Shown here one piece after another: positions 1 through 12,000 of a stretch of 64,000 nucleotides of DNA. The translations under genes and the position numbers were made by a program. Position 1 is the first letter of the stretch, and every line of letters begins with the position of its first letter. The notes beneath the pieces are model-generated. The model was not told the origin of the DNA. It searched no databases and saw only the letters and a list, made by a program, of their open reading frames with translations. Source of the stretch: a virus. The stretch is from positions 4,378 to 68,377 of IMG/VR virus record IMGVR_UViG_3300045988_079139. One strand, written 5' to 3'.

Positions 1-72
1 AAAACCAGAAAGCCAGCCTGATAACTGGATGAAAAATATTCACTAACTAAAATTTTAAGGAGGATACTAACC

Positions 73-1011
73 ATGAAATTTGGTGTACGCGAAATTTGCG
101 ATGTCGTTCTGAAGGCGAAGGCAGCTCAAAAAGTAGGTAATAAATTATTCTACAAGAATGAGCCTGTAATTTATTTTGATACTCTAAAGAGCTCTAGCAT
201 GGAAGGTGCAGCAACTACTGTTTATGCACAGGGTGGTCGTGGTAACTCTCGTTTGATTGCTTGGGAAGGCGAGCGTACTATTACTTTCACCATGGAAGAT
301 GCTCTAATCTCTCCCGCTGGCTTCATGATCCTGTCTGGTGCAGGTTTGATTGAGGCTACTGAAGAGAAGTCCATTAAGGTTCATACTACTGAGCAGACTG
401 ACAAGGTTACTGTTGAGAGTGGCGATGTTAAGTACGGTGCAGAAGGATATGCTGATGCTATTACTTCTGTAACTATTGAGCTTGATGAAGTTCCTTATGA
501 TGACGTTGATGGCGATTACATTTATGTAATGCTATTGGAGAATGGCGAAGTTGTTACTGAGCCTTACATTCCTGAGTCCGTTGACCAGGAGAAGAAGACT
601 ATTACTCTAAAGACTTCTGATGATTTGGCTAAGTTCTATGATAACTGCGTTGTTTTGGTTGACTACTACACTGAGAAGAAGGCTGGCGCTCAGCAGATCG
701 AAATTACTCCCGATAAGTTCGGTGGTAACTACTATCTAGAGGCTTCTACTCTATTCCGTGATACAAATGGTGTTGACATGCCTGCAGAGTTCATTATTCC
801 TAACTGCAAGATTCAGTCTAACTTTACTTTCACCATGGCATCTTCTGGCGATCCATCTACTTTCACTTTCACTATGGACGCTTTCCCTGACTACACTCGT
901 TTCGACAAGACCAAGAAGGTTCTGGCCGCAATCCAGATTGTTGACGTAGCAGGTTCTAGCGACTTGGTTCGTGACATGACTGCTTCTAAGCAGCACAACA
1001 AGTTTGATTAA
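73..1011 (+). CDS. Major tail (tube) protein candidate (312 aa); abundant structural protein, TAG-free
   Basis: Uninterrupted ORF with an AGGAGG RBS at 56-62 and a TAATAA stop followed by a hairpin plus U-tract terminator. It lies directly upstream of the chaperone-like genes and the tape measure, which is the canonical MTP-G-TMP order. Codon usage (AAG, CAG, TTC, TAC, CTG) differs sharply from the neighbouring genes, as expected for a very highly expressed gene. It contains no TAG. Confidence 0.55.
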   Translation: MKFGVREICDVVLKAKAAQKVGNKLFYKNEPVIYFDTLKSSSMEGAATTVYAQGGRGNSRLIAWEGERTITFTMEDALISPAGFMILSGAGLIEATEEKSIKVHTTEQTDKVTVESGDVKYGAEGYADAITSVTIELDEVPYDDVDGDYIYVMLLENGEVVTEPYIPESVDQEKKTITLKTSDDLAKFYDNCVVLVDYYTEKKAGAQQIEITPDKFGGNYYLEASTLFRDTNGVDMPAEFIIPNCKIQSNFTFTMASSGDPSTFTFTMDAFPDYTRFDKTKKVLAAIQIVDVAGSSDLVRDMTASKQHNKFD

Positions 1012-1027
1012 TAAAACTTAATATTTT

Positions 1028-1068
1028 GGGGAGAGACTAATATAGTCTCTCCCCCTTTTTTTTATTTT
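1028..1068 (+). terminator. Rho-independent terminator after the major tail protein gene
   Basis: ggggagagacta-ata-tagtctctcccc hairpin followed by a T9 run. Confidence 0.8.
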
Positions 1069-1088
1069 GAGAGAAAGGAGATTCGTAA

Positions 1089-2297
1089 ATGATTGAAAAA
1101 AGTTATATTCAATACTTAGATTATAAACCGTCAGTTGCATATTCTTTTTTCGCGTAGCGTCAGAATGCTTTATTGTTGGCAAATACTAAATCTGCTTTTG
1201 ATAGCAATGAAGCGCGTCTAAATCAGATTATTAGTAATGCTCAATAGGGATTAAATAAATTAACTAATAATATTGTGACTGAAGAAAATTTAGCAAACGC
1301 AATCTCTAAAGGAATGGAAGCTAGTGCTGCTTTATCTGGAGACTTAGAAAAAATGGCAGGGTCAATAAGTGGATATTTTAGTGAAGCAAATTCAAAAGCA
1401 GCTCAATTAAGAAATTTGTATGAAACCGGATACACAGATTTTGAAAGCATTGTTAGTTCAGTTTTGAAAAGTGGTAGAGTTACAATCAATCATGGTGAAT
1501 TGACACAAATTTTAAGCAATCTTCATCCAGATTAGATTGAAACCGCTTTTAGAGATGTAGCTAACCCGCTTGGTTGGATAGGTGAATTAAGTGGTTTGCC
1601 TCTTTTATCTAATATCGCAGATTAGTTATTAGAAACTTCGTTTAAGGGTATGCCTGGAGTTACTGTGGAAATTGTAAATACTGGTGCTCTTTACACAGAC
1701 AAAGGTTCTCGTTTAACCACTGATAATTTATTAATATTTAGACAAGGAAATCAAGTTTTATATTAGTTAAATCTTTCTAATAAATTAAATACTGTTTATC
1801 AAGATAAATCTAAAAATACTAAACGTGCAATTAAATTAAGAACTACAACAGTAAATTCTTTTTTATCTGGCCATGAAGACTGGGCTGAGCACGTTTATAA
1901 TATTATTAGTTATCACTGGGACACTTCTAAAGATATGCGAGTAGATTATTTAACTGGAGAGGGTAATATCGCAAGACAGAGTTTGGGGTTATAGATTTTA
2001 TATGACCATATTTATGGCACTAAAGAAAACTTTTTAGTTGGTGATGATATATTTAAGGATGAAGTTCAGTTGATAGCTTATGGTACAAAAATTATTGCCA
2101 GCAATAGTGTATTAAGACACGCTTTATTTACTAAAGCCATGAATGATAAGAAAAAATTTACAATGATTACCATTGATAGAAAGTCTTGGTTTCATAATGA
2201 AGATGAATAGGGAAAGACCTATATTCAAAATGAATATGATGCTCAAAGAAGAATTGCTGCCTTTGGTTTGATTTATAAACAAACTTTACAAATTTGA
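1089..2297 (+). CDS. Hypothetical tail-module protein (402 aa), read through 7 in-frame TAG codons
   Basis: ATG at 1089 is preceded by gagagaaaggag. The frame stays open to TGA at 2295-2297 except for TAG codons at 1155, 1245, 1533, 1623, 1764, 1992 and 2208. The ORF track shows only the 1275-1535 fragment. Confidence 0.55.
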
Positions 2298-2322
2298 CAA
2301 ATCAGAAAATTTCTGGTATAAT
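2294..2322 (+). promoter_or_regulatory. Consensus sigma-A-type promoter (TTGACA-17 nt-TATAAT)
   Basis: TTGACA at 2294-2299, a 17-nt spacer and TATAAT at 2317-2322, placed 36 nt upstream of the ATG at 2358. Confidence 0.7.
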
Positions 2323-2357
2323 ATAAATATAAAATGAGATAAAGGAGGAATTTAGCT

Positions 2358-2897
2358 ATGGCTAAAGTACCATTTTCAAAATTGCAGGCTAAAGTTGATA
2401 GTAAAGTAACTCAAAATTGCTATTGTAATTTAGCTGGCGAAGAAGTACATTATGAGGTAAAGCATTACTTACCTTTTGTAGAAAAACTCGACCTAGTTTC
2501 TCGTATCATCAATAATTCTATTGATGATAATGGTTTTTACAATCCAATGCGAGTAAAAATGTATATGGTTCTTGAAGTAACTTTCGCATATACTAATCTA
2601 AGTTTCACTGAAAAAATGAAGGAAGACCCTTTTAAACTATACGACATTTTAGTAAGTACTAGTATTTTTACCGATATTGTAAATGCTATCTGTGAAAAAG
2701 ATTGGACTGAAATTCAAGCAGATGTCTGGTCTACAATTGATAATATTTACAATTATAGAAATTCCGTGATGGGAATTCTAGAAACTATTACTGCCGATTA
2801 TAGTAATTTAAATCTTGATGCCAGTGAAATCCAAAAGAAATTGGCTGATCCAGATAATATGGATTTTTTGCGAGATGTTTTAAGTAAATTGGGCTAA
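2358..2897 (+). CDS. Putative tail assembly chaperone (179 aa), independently transcribed and TAG-free
   Basis: AAAGGAGG RBS, its own consensus promoter upstream and a strong terminator downstream. The chaperone call rests only on its position between the major tail protein and the tape measure. Confidence 0.45.
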   Translation: MAKVPFSKLQAKVDSKVTQNCYCNLAGEEVHYEVKHYLPFVEKLDLVSRIINNSIDDNGFYNPMRVKMYMVLEVTFAYTNLSFTEKMKEDPFKLYDILVSTSIFTDIVNAICEKDWTEIQADVWSTIDNIYNYRNSVMGILETITADYSNLNLDASEIQKKLADPDNMDFLRDVLSKLG

Positions 2898-2943
2898 TTA
2901 AATTAGTTTATTTATTAAGACTTTTACATTTTAATAGGAATGG

Positions 2944-2990
2944 ACGGCGGCTGGATAAAAACATTCCAGCCGCCGTTATTTTTATTTTTG
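2944..2990 (+). terminator. Rho-independent terminator
   Basis: acggcggctgg / ccagccgccgt 11-bp stem followed by ttatttttatttttg. Confidence 0.8.
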
Positions 2991-3026
2991 CAAAAATAAA
3001 AAATTGGAGAGAAAGGAGTATTTTAA

Positions 3027-6000
3027 GTGGCAAAACAATTAAATGTTAATTTAGCATTTAATGCTGATACTAGCAAGGTAAAAGCGTAGTTGTAGGAATT
3101 ATAGAATCATTTAAATAATTTAACTAACACAACAGCGGCTTAGTTGCCTATTACTAAAGAGGTCCAAGAGGCTCAATAGGCAACTATTCATTTGAAAACT
3201 GCCTTGCAGCAAGCAGTAAATGTAAATACTGGTAAATTTGACCTATCTAAGTTCAATTAGTCCATTAAGACTTCTGGAACTTCTCTAGAGCAAATTCGAA
3301 ATCGTTTGGTTCAAATTGGGCCTAGTGGATAGTAGGCTTTTGCATCGTTGGCACAATCAATTGCTTCAGCAGAAATCCCTGCTCGTAGAACCAGTGCTTT
3401 ATTAAGTGAGCTAGGAACCACTTTAAAAAATACTGTTAAATGGCAATTTTCTTCTAGTATGTTGCATGGTTTTATGGGCGCAGTTCAAAGTGCTTATGGA
3501 TATGCTCAAGATTTAAATAAATCTTTAAATGATATTCGAATTGTAACTGGATTGAGTGCTGATGAGATGGATAAATTTGCTATTAAGGCTAATAAGGCAG
3601 CAAAAGCTTTGAGCGCATCTACATTAGAATATACTAATGCAGCATTAATTTATTATCAACAGGGTTTAGATTCTAAGGCTGTTGAGGAACGAACAAATGT
3701 AACAATTAAAATGGCAAATGTTACTGGAGAAGTCGCTTCTGACGTATCTAATTATATGACAGCAGTCTGGAATAATTTTGCCAAAGGCGGCGAAACATTA
3801 GAGTATTATGCTGATGTTATGACTGCTTTAGGTGCTGCTACAGCTTCAAGTACAGATGAAATTGCAGCTGGATTGGAGAAATTCGCTTCTGTCGCAGATA
3901 CAGTAGGATTAAGCTATGAATATGCAACTGCTGCATTGGCAACTGTTACTGCCACAACTCGTCAAAGTGCTGATGTTGTAGGTACTGCTTTTAAAACCTT
4001 ATTTGCACGTATCCAAGATTTGGAGCTAGGAGAAACTTTAGATGATGGTACCACTCTTGGCAGTTATTCATAGGCTTTGCAAAAAGTTGGTATTAATATT
4101 AAAGATACTTCCGGTCAATTGAAAGATATGGATATTATCCTAGAAGAAATGGCTGCTAAATGGGAAACTCTTGGAAAAGCCGAGAGAACTGCCTTAGCGC
4201 AATCTGTTGCTGGTGTTCGTCAATATACTCAATTGATTGCTTTAATGGATAATTGGGATTTTATGGAATCCAACCTTGGAGTTGCGAATTCTGCTGAAGG
4301 TACTCTTCAAGAACAAGCAGATATTTATGCTGAAAGCTGGGAAGGTGCTCGAGATAGAGTAAAAGCCGCCGCTGAAGCAATTTATAGTGATTTGCTAAAT
4401 GATGATTTCTTTATCGATTTAACAAACGGTTTAGAAAAAGTATTGACATTATTTGACCATTTCTTAGATGCTATTGGAGGAGCTAAAGGTTTAATCTTTG
4501 GTTTATCTAGTATTTTATTAAATACTTTTAGCGCTTAGGCGGCTAAAGGTTTAGAAAATATGGTTTATAATTTAAAGAGCTTTGTAGGTTTAACGCAAAA
4601 AGAAGCCATTGCAACAAAAGCAGAAGCAAATCGATTAATGGCAGAAAAAGTGCCATCTGCAGGCCCTAGTGTTTTAAACACTTTCACTTCTGATGCTAGC
4701 ACAACAGGAATGTAGACATAGTTTGAATTGACGTCTCAAGTTGCTATGTTGAAAGAAAAGATGACAGAGCATCAACAAATGGAAGCACAAGCTATTTTAA
4801 GTTAGAACAAAGCTTATGCTGATTAGTTAGTGGTGTTGGGACAAAAGGCTGATGCTTTAAAAAGTGAGAAAGAAAGCGCCAGATCAAATTTATTAGATGA
4901 CGCTGCTTTTGAGTTGGGTACCGTTCGTGCTCAAGAAGCTTTGTCTCAAATTGATGCAGATATTATGAATGGCGAAAGCATTGTAGCTGAAATTGAATAG
5001 GTTGAACAGGCTTTTAAAAAAGGAACTGTAACTCTTGAAGATTATAAAGCTAAAATGGGAGAGCTAGGAAAGAAAGCTAAATCTTAGGGCTTAGAAGAAA
5101 CTGCAAGTATTATTGCGAAAGTTTCTGGCCGTACTGCAAGTGGAAAACCTCAAGATTTAGATATGGCAGGAATGGCTCGTACTGCCGCAACGAAAGATAC
5201 TCGCAAGCGAGCTAGAAAAGCTTTAACAGATAAGGGAGCAAAAAGTCCTGCTGTTGATGATAAAACAATTGATAAATATATCACAAAAACAAAAGAAGCT
5301 GCAAAAGCAGATAAAAAATTTGCTGATGGTAAAAAAGAGTTAGAGAGAAATACTGCTGAATCATCTAAAGCAATTAAGAATTTAACTAATACAACACAGC
5401 AAGTTTCACAAACCATTGTTAAGACTGCTTAGGCTACAATGTCTTTAGCTTATGGTATTAATGCTTTAAGTCAGCTAGGTGATATTTGGTCTGATGATAC
5501 GCTTTCTGGCGGACAAAAGTTCTTACAAACATTAATGTCTCTTGGTACAGCTATTCCAATGTTAATGAATGGTTTAACAGGAATGAATGCAGTATTAGGA
5601 GTTACTAGTGTTTTAGAACAAAAAGCAGCTATTGCATCTCAACTATATCTTGCGGCTCATAGTAAAAAGTTAGCTGTATTAACAGCAGAGCAACAAGCAG
5701 AATTAGCTGCAAATATGTCTAAAGCAACGGGCTTAACTTTAGATTAGGCAAAAGTTCAAGTAAGCAATGCAGTCGCTGCAGCTAAATTACAAGAGGCGGC
5801 CGCCTCTGGAGCGCTAACTGCTGCATCTACCGCAGAACAAATTGCTGGGCTAGCAGGAATTTCTATGGACTAGGCTGAAATCATTTCTAAAAAGCTTGCT
5901 GCAGGTGCAACAATAGAAGAGGCTATGGCTGAGGCTGGATTGACAGCTACTAAAACTGGCGGTATTGCTGCATCAGTAATGCAAATTTATACCAAAGGTT

Positions 6001-9000
6001 TAGAAAGTGGTGCACGATGGGCTAATGTAGTGGCAATGATTGCAGAGCAAACTGCGATGTCTCCACTGCTGATTATGACATTGCTTTTAGTTGCTGCAAT
6101 GGCAGCATTAGCTGCAGTAATAGCAATTGTAGTTACAGCTGTCAACGCAATTGTAAGCGCGTATAATGCTGATTCAATAGCAGCTGAAAAAGCAGAAGCA
6201 GCAGCAAAAGAATTGGCAAAAGCATATAATGAAGCAAAAGCCAGTTATGAAGAAATGGTTGCTGCGATGGAAGAATATCAAAGCGCACGAGATGCTTTGG
6301 ATTCTTTAACAAAAGGAACTGAAGAATATTCTCAAGCTTTAAAAGAAGCTAACCGTCAAGCTTTAGATTTAATTAATACATATGATAAATATTTAACTTC
6401 TGATGATTATAAATGGGATAATGGTCAATTGGTTATTGATGATGCTGCTTTAGAAAGAGCTAAGCAAATGGCAAGTCAAGATCTTGATACTGCATATGCA
6501 GCAAGCTCTATGGGCGCAGCCAATGCCAAAGAAATGCGAGCCGTATCTGATCAAACTAATTTAAAACGTAGTTATTACGATGGTAATATTGGTACCGCAG
6601 CACTTCAAGCAATGGGAAGTTCACTTGCTTCAACATTAATCCCAGGACTTGGCACTCTATTGGCCCCCGTACTAGCGACTGCTTCGCTTGCAACGTATGC
6701 AGCAAAGCAAGGTGAGGAATAGGCTTATGGCAAGGGCGTTGACGCTGCCATGAAGTTATATCGAGAAGGCAATAAGAATATTTTTGATTCTTAGGAAAAT
6801 TTATCAACCGCTTTAAGCGAAGTCGGTATTACCAACACTGATTTAATTACAGCATTGTGGGAAAATAAAGACGCTTTGCAAGAGCTGGGTAGCAAATTTG
6901 ATGCGGCTGAAATGGCTGGAAGAGCTGCTGCTCAAGAAAATGCTCGTGCCTTTATCGAAAATTCTTCTTATAGCAATTCAAAATATGCTGATGAAATGAC
7001 TCATATGGTTGGCAATAAGTATTATGAGCGTCAACAAGAAGTGGAAGCTCAGATGTCTGAATTGGTAAAAACCAAGGGTGGATTAAAAGCAGCTGCTAAT
7101 TCTTATTTCGCTAATAGTGGCATTGCTGATCAGTCAGGATTTAAAGTTGAAAAATACGATAAGAAAAATGGCGTTGTAAAATATAGCTACATTGGTGAAG
7201 ATGGAAAACGAGAAGAAAAAGAGGTAACAGCAGAATTTATTGCATAGATGGAAGCTGCTACCAAAGTGCAATCTGAATTAACAGAAAGTTGTAAAATTGT
7301 TAGCGATTCTTTTAGTGCTTTAGATGGACAGCTTGGTTCAACTAATGAAGCGTTAAATGAAGGCATGAAAGCCTTTTTAACAACTGGTGATATTAGTAAT
7401 TTAACTAAAGATTAGTATGATGAAATCGCCAATTTATCTGATGAAGATTTATTAAAATATTTAAATAATATCGGAATTAATGAAGATACTGTAAAGTCTT
7501 TTGGATATGATAATATGTCAGATTTTACAGATAGTATGAATGTTGATGGAGTAGGAGAGACTTGGGACAAGTACCAAAATATTACTGCCCATCAAGGAAC
7601 AGAAGATTTAACATTAAATCAAGCAGAGAATATTAGTAATGCTCTGGAGGGTATTGCAGAGTTCTTCGGTGAAGAAGTCGGACATGAGATGCTAGATTTA
7701 TCTGCGTTAATGGCTGATTCTTTAGATGAAGCCGCTCAAGACGATTTCTGGGAGCAACTGGGTAATATCTCTGATTATACCGATGCTGATCAATGGGATG
7801 CATTCTTAGAAGCCATGAAAGATTCTGAAGATATGACAGATGAATAGATTCAAGCTTTAGAAGAATATGTTGATACAGCTAAATTGGCAGCAAAAGCAAC
7901 TAAAGATTTAGATTTTGATGCTATGGCTGAAAGCGTAAAGAGTTTACGCGATATTATGCAAAGTATTTCTGATGGAAATAGAGAGATTACTGATGAAGAA
8001 TTTGCTGCTCTTGAAGCTCAAGGAATTGACACTTCTAAATTTGCAAAAACCATTGATGGTTATCGTTATCTTGGTGATAGTGCAGATTTAGTTGCAGATA
8101 TCTCTGAAGGTATTACTAAGCAATTTAAAGAAGCAGAAATGAATTTCTCTAATATCGCTGCAACTGCTGCTCAAGCTAGTTAGAATTTAATTGATGCTGA
8201 AGCTGCACTTGATGCTGCTCGTATAGCTGGCGATCAAGCAAGAGCATCTGCAGAAGCTGGCGCTACTAATCAATTAACTAATACTGAGAAATTAAGTGTT
8301 ATCATGTCACAAATTGTAAACAATGTTGTATCAAAGATTAAGGCAGCATGGGAATGGATTTGTGGAATCATGATGGATATTTATGATTTCTTTGCTAATA
8401 TTTTTAATAAAATTGGATAGGGTATTACTGATATTTGGAATGGCTTCTTAGAAATTATTGAAAATATTATTAATGGCGTAGTTGGAAAAGTTGTCGAACT
8501 ATTAGAAGAAATTCCTGGTGTTGATATTGATTGGGAAGATATTTCATTTGAAAAAGCTAATTTTGAAGGTGTAAAAACAACAGAAGAAATTGAAGCGGAA
8601 GAAAATGCTAGAAAAGCAGAAGAAGATTTAATAGCTTCTACTCAAGCATTGGCTGATGCTATACCTGATATGGTAGCTAGTATTGAATCTAGTGCTGATT
8701 ATCTTTCTGAAGCAGAACTTGAAGCTGGTCGTGTTGAAGCAGAATAGAATTATAATACTGCGCAATCTCAATATGATGCAGCTGTTGCAACATATGGTAA
8801 AGATTCTACTCAAGCTAAATATTATGAACAATTAGTGGCATATTATGAAGCTCAAATGGACGCTTATGCTAAGGCTTTGGATTCAAAAGCTTGGGGCGAG
8901 GTAATTGCAGAGGGCATTGATACCAAAGAGATGGAAGCTTATATTGATCTTCTGGAGCAAGCGCATCCAGAAATGCGTAAATTATATGAAACTACAGAAG

Positions 9001-12000
9001 ATTATGAAAATGCATTGCTGCAAGTCGCTACTGCCAATAAAAAAATGGAAAAGGGTGTTAAATCCTTAGCTTCTAACTGGGACAAATGGAATGATATTAT
9101 GGGTGATAGCGAAGCTTCAGCTTCAGATATTGCTACAATTTTACCAGAGGTTAATGATGCCGTACAAGATGTTTTAAATCTTGATACTAGTGAGTTCGCC
9201 ATGTTACCTCCTGATTTTGCTCGAAAGCATTGGGATTTAATTCAAGACGTTGTTAAGGGCGTAGAAGGATCTGTAGATAAATTGCGTAATGTAGCAGGCC
9301 AAGAAATTTTAATGCAAATTGATGGCGTGCTAGATGCCGATGGAAATCTTGACGCTCAATTTATGGCCTTACATGAAAAAATTGCTCAATACGATCAATC
9401 TCAATTTACTGTTGGAGTTGCTATTGATCCACAAGCAAATGCAGATTTTATTGCAGCTTGTAATGATATTATTCAAAAAGCTGGTATGACTGCAGAATAG
9501 GCTTAGGCTTATTTCGCATCCATGGGTTACGATATCAAGTTAAAGCCTGTTAAGCAAAAGATTACTGAAACACAATGGAATCACATTTATAAAAATGTTT
9601 ATGACGCCAAAGGAAATCTGTCTGGTAGAGTAATTTAGAAAGCTTGGCCTTCTACATTTACTGGTGAAGTTGATGCTTTGGCCATTGAGACTATTACTCC
9701 AAATGGCTCTTATGGTGGTGGTATTGGAGTAGAGACAACTCCTCCAAAATCTTCTACATCTGCCGCTGATTCATCAGGCGGTAATAATGATGAGCCAGAA
9801 GCAGCAGAAGAAGAAGAAGTTTCTAAAAAGTCTGATATTGTCGATAGATATCATACAGTTAATCGACAATTGGAGGATATGACTAAGGCGATGGAAAAAG
9901 CTTCCAAAGCCGCAGATAAATTATGGAGTCGTAAAAGATTACAGTATTTAAAAGATTAGAATGAATTATTAGATCAAGAAATAGGGTTACTGGAAACAAA
10001 GAAGCAAGAAGCAGAAGACTATCTTCGAGATGAAGATATTCCTAATTTAACTTAGGCTATGGCAGATGCCGGCTTTAATGCTACTTTTGATGATAATGGT
10101 GAAATTACAAATTATAGAAGCGTTATGGACACTTTGGCAGATTAGCTAATTGCCGCGCAAAATCAGCGTAATACGCTAGCTACAAAAGACGATCAAGATG
10201 CTTATACTAAAACTGTTATTGAACCTTTAGAGAAAAAGATTGAAGAATTGCAGGCTGCAATTGAAATGTATGAAGCAACATTAGATACTATTGAAGAAGT
10301 AGATACTGAAATTCAAGATCGAGTAGACCAGAAACTTGCTAATAATTATGAAGCTTGGAGCTTAGAGCTTGAATTAGACATTGCAATCAATGAAAGAGAT
10401 TTGGAATTATTAGATTATTACTTATCTAAAATTGAAGACGATGTTTATTCTATGGCTGAAGCCGCAGCTTATATGATTGGTTCTTTAGAAGGACTAGCTT
10501 CTGGAGAATTCGGTGGTCAATTAGGCATATACTTAAACAGCTTATCAACTTATAGTTCAGCCCTAGATGATTTAAATACAAAATTAGCTGCTGGAGAAAT
10601 TACTGAAGCAGCCTATGAAGAAGGTCTAGAAGAAATTCGTTCTGGTTTAATGGATAATTTATCTTCATTAAATGAATTGGACGATGCCATGTTAAATTAT
10701 TATGGTGATACTCTATCTATGGTTACAGAAGAAATTGATAAATATACTGAAAAAATGGAACATCAATCTTCTGTTCTGGAACACTATAGTAATATGATGG
10801 AAATCTTAGGTAAGTCTCAAGATTATGAATCAATGGGTACTATTTTGCAAGGTCAAGCTGATGTATTAGCAGACCAAGTTGATGTTGCAAAAGCTGAATA
10901 TGATTTATATGCACAAGAAGCTGCTAATAAGCGTAAATTATATGAAGATGCTATTGCGGCTGGTGACCAGGCAGCAGCAGAAGTCTACAAGAAAGAATGG
11001 GAAGCTGCTGATGAAGCCGCCATGGAAGCTCAATCTAATATGCTAGATAAGACTGAAGAGTGGGCAGAATCCATGAAGTCAGTTGTTGAAAATAAGTTGG
11101 CAGGTTTAGCGCAATCCTTGGAAAGTGCTTTAACGGGTGGAACTTCATTCGATGAATTAACCACTTCTTTGGAGCGTGCGGCAAGCTTACAAGAAGAATA
11201 TCTAACTACTACAAATTAGATTTATGAAACTAATAAATTAATGCGTACTGCACAGCAAGAAATTGATAAAACTACAAATACTGTTGCAAAATAGCGTTTG
11301 AAAGATTTTATTAAAGAAACTGACCAGTTGCAAGATAAGTCTAAATTAAGTCAATATGAGTTAGAAATTCAACAAGCTAAATATGATTTGCTTCTGGCTG
11401 AAATCGCTTTAGAAGAGGCTTAGAGTGCTAAATCTACTGTCCGTTTGCAGCGTGACGCTGAAGGTAATTTCGGTTATGTATATACTGCAGACCAAGACCA
11501 ATTAGCTAATGCTCAGCAAGAATTAGAGAATGCTCAAAATAGTCTATATAATATTGGTTTAGAGGGCGCCAATGAGTACACTGAAAAATACTCTCAAACC
11601 ATGCAAGAAATGTATGATACATTAACCTCAATCCAAGAGGCTTGGTTGAATGGTGAAATTGCTACTCAAGAAGAATATGATAGACAAATGTTGGCGGCTC
11701 AAGAATATTATTATCAGTAGTTAGAAGATTATTCTAGCTTATATAGTGTTGCCATTTCCACAGACAGTCGCGTTGTAAAAGATGCTTGGAGCACTGGTTT
11801 TAACTCAATGATGAGTAAAACCAACGAATGGAAAGACAAAGTCAATCAATATAGCGCCGAAGCTCGTGAGACTTTAGTCAATTGGTATGCTAAGGTTGAT
11901 GAAATCGCTAATAAGACTGGTTTAGATAATATTGCTTCTAAGGTAAAGGCCGTTACTGACGAATCTAAGGCTTTGAAAGATGCTGTTATTGGCGAAGATG

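Noticed and set aside
751-996. Minus- and alternate-strand ORFs nested inside plus-strand genes (for example 751-996, 5150-5416, 29810-30268, 36398-36796, 37346-37678, 53884-54207, 55127-55358, 57433-57756, 61076-61307)
   Set aside because: They overlap well-supported genes on the opposite or an alternate frame, lack RBSs, and have low-complexity or atypical composition, so they are typical spurious six-frame ORFs.
1089-2897. Programmed -1 frameshift between two tail-assembly-chaperone genes (G/GT) upstream of the TMP
   Set aside because: The two genes are separated by 60 nt containing a full promoter. No slippery heptamer or overlapping frames were found.
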